20,000 nucleotides of DNA from NCBI GenBank assembly GCA_002245135.1, contig NGBS01000614.1:48466-68465 (forward strand), in the 5' to 3' direction. Position numbers and translations under genes: made by a program. Numbering within the stretch: the first letter of the stretch is position 1; each line of letters opens with the position of its first letter. The notes under the pieces are model-generated. The model did no database searches and was not told the DNA's origin. It worked only from the letters and a program-made list of their open reading frames with translations. Below are positions 10,201-20,000 of this stretch, piece by piece. This DNA is from Proteromonas lacertae (taxonomy: Eukaryota).

Positions 10201-13200
10201 AATGATGAAGTGAAAATAATACCACAGATAAAATTGTTAGATTATTGTGAAATATCTCCAGAATTACCTTCATTTTTACATTTTAATACAACAAATTGTG
10301 CAATAACAGGTAAAGTGACAGAAGAATCACCAAAACAACTATATAAGATAAAAGGATCAAATATGAATGGAGGAACACCAAAATATTTCAATTTAACATT
10401 TTATGGTGAAACAATGAATCAGTTATGTTTTAAGCAAAGCAAATCAATGATAAGTATTCATGTGAATGGAAGTATAAGTACAAGTCCAGATGAATGGGGA
10501 TTTAGTCTTTATAAAACATCTGAAATGGATAATGAAAATAAAACTGCAATAGTTGAACTGAAAGGATCAGATGAAGGATGGGATGAAGGTTATATTTATA
10601 AATATGATTATTGTTTATCAAAAGATGAATATACAGCTGTTTATAGATCAAGTTCTTCATCTTATGGAAATGGTTTTATTGATGTATTAGTAGATGATAT
10701 TCCTGTTGATAGAACAGTATTAGCTTCTTCTGTAGCAAAACTAGAAAAGAGTTTTCATTCCACATCAGATTATGATTATATTACAGAATGGGAAAATTCA
10801 ATCCAATATGAAGATGGTTGGGATAATCCAAATGCTGAACATTCAACATGGTCAAAATCGAAATTATCAGAAATAAACAAAGTATCTGGAAATGTGATTT
10901 ATATAAGAAAAATAGACAGATTTAGTGATATAGATAAATATAATGCCTTTGCTTTAAAAGTGAGTTATATAAGTGGAATAATAATAAAAGTGAATGGAAG
11001 AGAAATATTCCGAAATAATTTACCAAATGGTGAGATATCTCCTTCAACAATGGCAAATAATCGATATGATTTTATAACAGATGAAGTATTTATTTTACCA
11101 ATTGTATGGTTAGAAGAGAATGTAGTTGAAATCTCAATGGAATTACACAAATTCAATGGAGAAACCAATTTCCCTGAAATAAGTTCATCTTTATTAAGAA
11201 TAACAGGAAGTAAAGAAGATTGTTTAATTCTGAATAAATATGCTAAAAGAGTAACTGAAACAAATACAGTATCTAATTATTATCATGCTGCTTATGGTTT
11301 TGATGAAAATCCTAATTCAGAATGGTTTACAGATACTATTCCTAGTTGGGCCATAATGAGATATAAAGATCATTATCATACATATTTCAATCAGTTTAGT
11401 ATTAATGCTTATTCTGTAAGAGGTGGTCCAAAAGATTTTTCAGTAGAAGGATATTATAATTCACAATGGAATACTATAGGCTCTTTTGTTGATATAACAT
11501 ATCCAACAAATTTAAAGAAAGTCTTTACTAATTATACTACAACTGTTATGTATTCAGCAATTAGATTTAATATAACAAAAGTAGGAGAAATTGGTGCTTA
11601 CCTTGATGTTTACGATATAAACTTCCATTTATGTCCAATAAGATATTGTAAAGCAGTTGAAGATATACCAGAAACTGCAACTGGGACAGAAATAACAATT
11701 GGTTGTAAAAGGTCAGAATTATCAGGAAATCGAACATTATACTGTAATAATGATAAATCTTGGAGCGAAATAGAAAATAGTTGTGATGAAAGTCCATCTT
11801 TAATTAGTAAAGAAACATCTTATACATTCAAAGCAGGTGATTTTTATGAGAAAGTGAGATTATTCACAGTTTCAGGAAAAGATATATTCTATTCAATGGT
11901 TACTGAAATAAGTGGCTTAAGAATAGATAATTCAACTGGTTTAATATCTGGTCAACCATATATTGAAGAATCATCAAAACTAGTTTATTTCAAAGCTACT
12001 AATCCATATTCAGGTGGTGATGGTTTAACAATTGAAATATCCATAACTGTTTTACCCACAAAGAATCCAATAATGATTTGGAGTAATGAATCAGTGATAT
12101 TAGATGCTGGTAAAGAATATAAAGAATTGAAATTATTTTATGTGATAGGTGAAAATGTTGAATATAAAGTAGATGAATTGCCAAATGGATTGAGTTTAGA
12201 CCAAAAGAGTGGATTAATATCTGGAATGGTGATTGAAGAAAGTTCCATGAGAAGTAAATTCACAGCTTCAAATAATTTAGATTATGTTGATATAACAATT
12301 GAAATGAATGTAACATTACCAATGAAACCTAATAATATAAAATATGAGAAAGAAGTGAAAATGATATTTGGGATGATTTATGATGATATTCAACCATATC
12401 AATGTGTTGCAAAGACTATATTATATTCAATTGATCCAGCATTACCTGAAGGATTAAAATTTGATGAAAATAGTGGAATGATAAGTGGAAAAGTAAATAC
12501 TGAACCACCAAGTAGTAAATCATATACATTCAAATGTTACAATGAAAATGGCGAAATATCTAATCCAATCACAATAAATGTCGAAGAATCTGTAGAACCA
12601 GTAATAATTACACATAATGACAGTATAATAATCGAAGGTGGAAAAGAATATGATGGATTAGAATTAGGTAGAGTAACAGGAAAGAATTTAGTTTATTCAA
12701 TAATACCTAATCTTCCATCGTCGACATTGAAATTTGATTCATCTAGTGGAAGAATAAGTGGATATATATCTAATAGTTTTAATTCAGTAAATACCACAAT
12801 TTTAATCAGTGGAAGTGGAAAACAAGTTTCATTTACATTCATGTTAATTTCATCAATTCCTAATAATCCTGTTATTATTCCATCAACAAAAGTATCTAAT
12901 ATAAAATTCAAATTTGGTGAAGCACTAAAATCAGTATATTTGTTTATTGCAGTTGGAACAAATCTTGAAATCTCAGTAAATCCTAAATTACCTAAAGGCT
13001 TATCATTAGATTCTAAATCTGGAGAAATATATGGATTACCATCAGAATATGTAGAAAAGACAAAATATACTTTCACTATAAGAAATCCTCCATCTGTAGA
13101 GATTGAGACTGTGGAAGTAGAGATCGAATTTGAAGCAATATATTGTGAATCTGATTCTGGATTTCCAAGAACCCCAGCTGAGAAAGGAGGAAAAGAAGTA

Positions 13201-13488
13201 ATGATAAAATGTGGAGGAGCAAAAAGTGGAATGAAGAGAAGAAAATGTTTATTAACTGATGATAATAAAGGTGTATGGAGTGTAGTTGATGAAAGTGAAT
13301 GTGAAACAAGTAGTGGAGCCATAGCTGGAATAGCTGTTGGATCTGTAGCAGGTGGATTAATTATTATAGTGATAGTAGTATTCTGTTTATTAAGAACTGG
13401 AATATTTAGAAAAAGAGCAAGATCTCAATCTTCATTAAAAAGATTATCAATATCAGAGAAACAAGTTGAAGGAGCAGTGAGAATATAA
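7285..13488 (+). CDS. Large type I transmembrane surface protein (about 2,040 aa) with two PA14-like domains, multiple He_PIG-type Ig repeats, galactose-binding/discoidin-like domains and two Cys-rich modules
   Basis: Introns at 7616-7641 and 7847-7877, and probably 7313-7339, join ORF 7285..7641, a middle exon and ORF 7858..13488. Features: N-terminal signal peptide; repeated LPxGLxLDxxSGxISGxP motifs; PA14 pattern FGVNWEGYLKIETSGNYTFNLTS..GSWLFID...YLSEGYHFIRVNY; discoidin-like AAYGFDENPNSEW...GPKDFSVEG...YSAIRFNIT; C-terminal TM helix GAIAGIAVGSVAGGLIIIVIVVFCLL followed by a basic tail. Confidence 0.88.
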
Positions 13489-13823
13489 CTTGATATTACT
13501 TATTATTATTAAAGAACTTATTATCATGAAATATTTTTTTATTCAAAATATAATTTCAATGAAACTTTTCAATAACCAGAATTTAAAAAATGTTATAGCT
13601 TTGTATTAATTGCTATAACACTGTTAATATAGTGTTGAAAGTATATAAAATCATGTGTAACATCAATATATCAAGTTAATGTGATGTATAATCGAAATCG
13701 GTTTTTCAAAACCTTACTAAGGAATTTGTAGATAGTATGAGTATATCATTCAAAAATCACATAAAAAAGCAAGAACCAATGAAATTAAGATTTAAACTAT
13801 ATCCCTTTCTTCGCTAATTTTCA

Positions 13824-14952
13824 ATGTCAAGTTCTGAAGAAGTAATAGCAAAAATAGAATTATCAGTTTTGGATTTTTTACAGCAACTTGTAGAAAAGAA
13901 CATCCCTTACTTTGAAGTTCCAATAAGAAGAAGTGCAAATATTGTGTATGATGATGAATTAGGGTTGATCAGATTAGGTGCAATGAAGAAGAATGTGTCG
14001 ATGGGTAGAGGAAATGGGATAAGTTACACCAAAATGTGGTATAATTACATATCATACTATAATTCTGTTAGGAAGATATTAGAAACGTCGTATATATTCG
14101 TGCATGAGAATAAGACAGCTACTCAAAGAGAAATATATTATATTTATCCAACAGTATAAATCCAATTATCATATTATTTTTTAATAGTATTTTGAAAATC
14201 AAATAAGTTGTAATGAAACAATCCAAGATTGTGTATGTTTATTAAACGCACCACGTTGTTCATTAGGTATAATGAGTAGTCCACGAGGTTATATATCAGG
14301 TAAAATTGATATATATACTAAATCAGGAAGAGTTATATACTGTGACCAAAATCCTCCATTATCACTAACATGGGAATTATTTCAACAAACAACAACAATC
14401 AAAACAACAGCTATGTTTATATTAGTAATAGAAAAAGATGGTATATTTAAAAGACTCAATGAAGATAGAATATATGATAATTTACCTTGTATCATAATCA
14501 CTGGAAGAGGATTTCCTGATATATCTACTCGAGTTTATTTACATTTACTCCATACAATGTTTCCTACATTACCTATCTATGGTATATGTGATTGGAATCC
14601 CTTTGGCTTGGCATTATTACTGACTTATCGATGTGGCAGTGTCCATATGGGTTATGAAGCCTTTAAATATGTTGTGCCAGTTAGATGGTTAGGTTTACAT
14701 TATGATGATATTGTTAAGATTAGAATACCAAAATCTGCTAGAAAAGAGTTTACTAAAGAAGATAGGTCAAAAGTGAAAACTTTGTTTGAACATCAGTTTA
14801 TTAAGTCTAATCCTAGTTTTTATAATGAATTAGTGAAAATGAGTGAGAATGAGTTTAAAGTTGAATTAGAGGCTGTTCACTGTAGAGGACTGAGTTTTAT
14901 GTCTGATAAATATATTAAAGAGAAAATTATTAATCGTGACTATTATGAGTGA
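13824..14952 (+). CDS. SPO11-2: Meiotic double-strand-break transesterase SPO11-2 (Topo VI subunit A family), about 353 aa
   Basis: Introns at 14039-14071 and 14154-14187 join ORFs 13824..14159 and 14272..14952. The catalytic-Tyr motif TQREIYY and Toprim motifs LVIEKDGIF, ITGRGFPD and KVELEA are present. DWNPFG...GSVHMGYEAFKY matches the SPO11-2 DWNPxG signature. Confidence 0.92.
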
Positions 14953-14985
14953 TAGAAAATTGAGAATTAATGAGATTTTTATTAT

Positions 14986-14993
14986 TGTTTGTT
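14986..14993 (+). promoter_or_regulatory. TGTTTGTT Blastocystis-type downstream polyadenylation element
   Basis: Exact TGTTTGTT 33 nt after the SPO11-2 stop codon. In Blastocystis this motif is known to lie a few nt 3' of poly(A) sites. Confidence 0.55.
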
Positions 14994-15084
14994 TTTTATG
15001 TTATGGATAAATTGTAAAACATCTTGAAATTACCACTTTTTTATCATACATATAACATTAATTAATCACTCTCAGCAAACAATT

Positions 15085-16350
15085 CAATTACTTTTTACTT
15101 AATATTTCTAATTAGTAAAATGTAAAAAATACATATATAATATCACTTCCATCTTTTTATCAAATTCTTATGATATATAAAGTTTTCATTCCATCATAAA
15201 ATTGATTTTTGTGTTTTGGGGTATCTAAAGTTTTCGCACCATTATTTTGATATAAAGCTAACTGTAATAAATTAGTGAACATATCCCTGTTAAATGCATT
15301 ATGCACTGATCAAATCAGTTAATAAACAAATTTAATATAACAAACATTAAGATTGGTGAAAAGTGCACTAACTTTATCTCAGTGAAAATTCAGTATTAAT
15401 TGTTGTAATAGATAACATTAGAATTTGTATATATTATCCTATAATAAATAGGTTATTTTGTGTGAAACAACTTCATTCTAATACTACATACATATATGTT
15501 TGATTAATCACTCCTTGTATATCAATTAGCATGACATTCATTATATGTGTAAATATAATAAATAATAAATATTTTACAATCTTGTTGATACAATCTTTTA
15601 ACAACATGTTCCATCCACTAGACAGCTGTTTATCTATTGCAACCTTATTTAAGAGTTAATTAAAATATTTATTTAATCCTTAGATAAAGATGTTGATTTT
15701 ATAAGATGGTTATTGACATTTAACGAAAATTTTCGTTGTCATTGTTTTTCTTAATATGAATTAACAAACGAGTATGATATATTATAAACAGAGTTGATAA
15801 AATGATTATCCAAAAAAGGATATATTTGTTGATATAAGAGGATTGTAGTAGATTATGTGATACAACTAACAGCAGAGTTGATATACCACTTCTAAAATAT
15901 TATTCCATACAAATGGAAATTTAAAGCTTGAAACAATGGTCATTGAAAGGTGAATGAGAAACATATCTACAAATATCAAGCAATAGAGATACCTTAGAGG
16001 ATAAAATAGTTCATTTCGTATAGTCATTATAAAGAATCAGCTAATCTTGATTTATAATAGGGTTGTTCATAGTCTAAAGTGAAATTTAGCATTAATCCAA
16101 TATACTATTAATTATCTGATGTTTTAGTAGTTTTATATCGATTATCAATGAATAATCAGTGTATATTTCTATCATTCTCTATATGAATATTGCTTATCTT
16201 TTAATCCACAAATAGTCTAATGTTCCTTGAAAGAATTCAAATAGTCAAATTCTAGTATCATGTCCTTACCTCCAATAAGCATATAAATCCATGTATTAAT
16301 TATATAAGAGTAAGAAGGTGTTAAAGTGTAATAGAATACTAGATAAATAC
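15085..16350 (-). pseudogene. Possible decayed gene of unknown family
   Basis: This 1.3-kb ORF-free gap in otherwise compact DNA carries coding-like minus-strand pieces (NAFNRDMFTNLLQLALYQNNGAKTLDTPKHKNQFYDGMKTLYIIRI; VAIDKQLSSGWNMLLKDCINKI; TLDYEQPYYKSRLADSL) and intron-like GT...AG spacers, with many stops. Confidence 0.3.
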
Positions 16351-16882
16351 ACATGTAATGGACTATATCAAAAACTGAATAGAAATAAAGTTTAAAAACA
16401 ATGATTTATATGCGATGAAAATCATCAAATCAATTAAACCCGTTTCAAGTTTAGTAACGACAGTTTTCAAACCTCAAATCAGTTTACCTGACGTTTACTA
16501 GTGTTGCACAGATGTAACATCTATATTTTGTTTTGTTTTATTTGTTATATATTAGGTTTTGTTGAGAAGTATAATCTAATTTTACAGTAGTGCACAACAA
16601 AAAAGAAATCACTTAAAAATCGTATAAATCAACGATTTTAGGAAATAACAATACCAGTGTATGTAATTAAAAGAATAATATCATATAAATGACATTTTTG
16701 TTTAAATTTATTTGTATGATAAGTATCTGCTTGTCAAAACTACATGAAACAATTGTCTTCTTCTTAAGCTACCTGCATTTTTCAGAAAAGAATTAAAATA
16801 CACTCAATACACGTCATTTTTGTGTATTATTATTAAAAACCAAAATGAAACTTACTTCATATTTTTTGTTTTAAATGCAGTA

Positions 16883-17562
16883 ATGTCAAGAAAAAATATC
16901 AATGAATTTACATACGATGAAGAGAAGTATTTAAACCAATTGGTAGAAATTGAATTTGATACACCTCCAGTTAACTGGAAGAATATCGCCTCAGAACTCA
17001 ACTCTAGATTTAACGGTAACAAAACGGCTAAAGAGTGTCAAGCATATTATAGAAACAGGCTTCAGCCAGGCCATCTGAAGACCAAACTCACTCCAGAAGA
17101 TGAAGTGTTCTATTATGGGCGCTCATGAGGAAAGATCAGAAGGTAAGATTAGATGGACTGAAATAGCTAAATTTTTTCCTAGCAGGTATTTTTTTAGAAG
17201 TGTAAATCGAATAGACAACCCCGTTTTCTTCAAAACTGGTATAAAGACCATCTTAAAAAAGTATTTTTTATATATATGCTATATATAGAATCCGCTTGTC
17301 AATCCTCACAGGTAATTAAATATCTATATAATGAAATAGAATTCCTACAATTTTTGATGGTTTATCTCCCTCAGAAATTAGAAATATAACCGAATCAACT
17401 GTATATGGTGTTATTGCTAACATTCTATAGAAAAGAATCGTTGATGAAGTGCCAATTATCATATCTGATGAAGATAATCTAAGACATAGAAAATTATTAT
17501 TGCAACTCCTTTCTAATATGAATGAGAATGTAGATGAAATAGAGGTAATTATACAGATTTAA
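16883..17562 (+). CDS. R2R3 Myb-like transcription factor with one apparent +1 frameshift
   Basis: ATG at 16883. R2 reads FTYDEEKYLNQLV...NWKNIASEL...KTAKECQAYYRNRLQP. R3 reads LTPEDE-xx-IMGAHEE...RWTEIAKFFPSRQPRFLQNWYKDHLKK after removing 1 nt within 17105-17111. Introns are at 17186-17214, 17261-17288, 17312-17339 and 17401-17430. Confidence 0.8.
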
Positions 17563-17753
17563 AGGATCAAACATATCATTACTCTCAATGATAATCAATT
17601 TTAAAATGTAAATAATCCATATTTTTGTGAATAAATGATGTTGACATGAATTATGTGTTTGATAAAAACCTCAAATTCAAAAATATATAAGCTCGATTAT
17701 TAGTTTGACTATTCACAAATGTTTTGCTTAAATATTCTTGCAGATGATGTATT

Positions 17754-20000
17754 ATGCTCATATATCCTTCTAATATGCAAGTATTTTGATGGTTTATTTT
17801 TTATAGATAAAAGAGAGAGTAGAAAGAAATAGAAATGAAGTAGATTTTGTTGTAAGGAGATGAAAATGATGTTAGAGTAATAAAAATTTTAAATGTAGTA
17901 GGGATAAAAGAAAAAAAGATATTAGAATACTGTGAGAATAGTTTTTTGCTGTTAGATGGATGTTTATTCTTTATCTACAATCCTAAAGCAATATGTGTGA
18001 ATAAATGTAGTAAATATATGATATTGGAGAGAGAATTTTACGAAAAGATTTAGAAGCAGTAATTAATAGTAAATTATTATTTAGAAAGTGATATGTATAA
18101 ATAATTAGTTCATTATGCATATTCTAATGATATTGAGTGAATATGATGTAGTAGTTAGAAATTTTAAAGAGTTCTAACATAATATATGAAGAAGACGGTG
18201 AAATAAAGTTATGTGATTTATTCTTGAATGAAATTAGAAAAGAATGTGATATGAGAGTATATGACGTGTGTTTCAAAAGCCCTGAGGAATTGAATGGATA
18301 TGAATGTAATGATCGAAGTGTGATTTGGTCAATTGGATGTATATTATATGAAATGATAAACAAGAGATTCCCTTTTTATGAATATAATAATATTAATAAA
18401 ACAAAAGAAAATATTCTGAAATGTAAATATTTTGTTGATATAAGTAGTGATAGTTTGATAAAAGAGATGATAGAAAGAATGTTAAAAGTAAATAGTAAAG
18501 ATAGACTGAATTTAACAGAGTTGAGAAAGAGATGATAAAGATGATAGAAATACTAAAAGATGGTGATAATAAATTAATGATTTGTAGTAAAAAAAAATAG
18601 AAATATTATTCAATAATGATTATTTTATAGAAATTTCCCCATTTATTGATGTCCAATCAAAGTATTATCTCGAATGTAACAAGTGGGAAGAATTAAGAGA
18701 CAGTTTTATTGGCTTATACAATAATAAACCAAATGAAAAAATATCAGCAATATTATTGATGATGAAATTATACAATGGAGATGAATCAATAAAAAAGAGA
18801 CTGAAATTTCAAATATATCTCAAATTTAAAGAAAATGGGGGAAAATGTTATTTAGATGAAATGATGTTTAACATTGCTACTTATGATGAGGAAATTACAA
18901 TTAATAAAATAAGTCTTTGTTTATGTAAAAAGGGAATGAATTATTTGTTTAGAATATTGAAACTAATCAATCCAACAAAACTTAGATTCTGTATTTTTCC
19001 AATATTTATATTTCTATAGTTGAAGTTGATATTCCAATCCAACAACAGTCGTTATTTGGATCATATTTTTCTCATTTATCAAATCTACAAAAACTGGATG
19101 TGTATGATCATCATCTTACTTATCATTTTATTGAATCATTTGTAAAATCAATTCCATTGATGAGATTAAAGTATATAAAACTTCATGGTATATTTTACTC
19201 TCTATTATATATTCTGTAATAGATAATTCAATAGGTCCAAAAGGGTTGAAATTATTACTTTCATATTTACATTTATTAATCAACAAAGAATATGAATTAG
19301 ATCTTCATGGAATGAATTTAAATGATGAATCTATGATATTATTATCAGAAGAATTATATAAATTTCCAAATATTAAGAGAATAAATATGAGAAACAACAA
19401 GAATATTCATTCTGTTGGATTTAAAGCTTTATTCTCCAAATATCCAATTTCACAGAAAAAGTAAAGAATTATTGATTGATAAACACATATCGGAATTAGT
19501 TAATTATGATAAGTGTATGAATCTGATGAATTTGGATATTGATGATAATTATTTCAAATCATTTATATCATTAAGGTCAAATGAATTAAGAGAAATACAA
19601 ATTTTGGCTTTGAGTAGTATAATTTGAAGTTTTAATATGATGTTTAGATAATATATTAACTATTAAAAGTGTTGAACTGTTGATTAGCAATTTATCTTCA
19701 TTTTCAAGTTTAGAATGTGTTTTATTGGATGGAATTGAAATAGGAGATGAAGGACTGAATATCTTATTTCCTCATTTATCAATACTAAATATTAAAGGTA
19801 ATATACTTTGTAAAGTATAAAATCCATAATTGTTTTAATAAATAGATATGGGATTATCTTCAGATGGATTAAAATATTTGTTGGATAGTATAAAGAATAT
19901 CATGAAAACATCAAGCTTCGTATAAATGGAAATAATATAGATTCAGAAAGAATAGAATATTTGATGGATTATATGAACGTGAATGATAATTTAGAAACGA
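17754..20000 (+). CDS. Degenerate Ser/Thr kinase domain (pseudokinase) fused to ribonuclease-inhibitor-like leucine-rich repeats; several single-base frameshifts; 3' end lies outside the window
   Basis: Reconstructed kinase motifs: VRVIKIL (II), VVVRNFKSSNIIYEEDGEIKLCDLF (VIb-VII), FKSPEE (VIII), VIWSIGCILYEM (IX) and MLKVNSKDRL (XI). LRRs follow, for example LKYIKLHDNSIGPKGLKLL, IKRINMRNNKNIHSVGFKAL and LECVLLDGIEIGDEGLNIL. Short GT-AG introns occur, for example 17781-17806. It may be a pseudogene, and the start position is tentative. Confidence 0.7.

Noticed and set aside
7700..13322. Minus-strand ORFs inside the surface-protein gene, including the 209-aa ORF 12693..13322
   Set aside because: Antisense open frames that arise from the codon bias of the long plus-strand exon.
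15339..15346. Minus-strand TGTTTGTT as the site of a poly(A)-completed stop codon
   Set aside because: I could not build an intact upstream frame that places T or TA in stop position at the expected distance.
16499..16600. TAGTGTTGCAC as a possible hAT or MITE terminal inverted repeat
   Set aside because: No matching inverted partner or target-site duplication was found.
18124..18363. Minus-strand 79-aa ORF
   Set aside because: Antisense to kinase subdomains VI-IX.
17100..19464. Programmed ribosomal frameshifting or stop-codon reassignment as an explanation for the broken frames
   Set aside because: The shifts go in both directions with no shared slippery-plus-stop motif, and conserved genes (PP2A, SPO11-2) use the standard code with TAA and TGA stops.
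1..20000. Prokaryotic systems (CRISPR, operons, defence islands; SPO11 read as archaeal Top6A)
   Set aside because: Spliceosomal introns and eukaryote-specific genes occur throughout, and no repeat-spacer array, tRNA or rRNA was seen.

Overview
Very AT-rich, gene-dense eukaryotic DNA. Introns are tiny GT-AG spliceosomal introns (26-44 nt, mostly about 30 nt, usually GTAT donors), and a TGTTTGTT motif follows one stop codon. This combination suggests a Blastocystis or related opalinate stramenopile, which is an inference. I spliced the genes by hand. Left to right: (1) a CEP104-like gene on the minus strand, almost invisible in the ORF track and running off the left edge; (2) a divergent PP2A catalytic subunit; (3) a single-finger TIS11-type CCCH protein with an Asn/Thr-rich tail; (4) a possible decayed gene; (5) a GPANK1-like zinc-finger plus G-patch protein; (6) a small orphan ORF; (7) a type I surface protein of about 2,040 aa with PA14, He_PIG-type Ig, discoidin-like and Cys-rich modules; (8) meiotic SPO11-2; (9) a second possible decayed gene; (10) an R2R3 Myb gene; (11) a pseudokinase-LRR fusion running off the right edge. 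Single-base frameshifts occur in the CEP104-like, Myb and kinase-LRR genes, mostly in homopolymers, and are probably long-read consensus errors. I saw no RNA genes, CRISPR arrays or recognisable transposons. All homology calls come from motif recognition by eye, not database searches.
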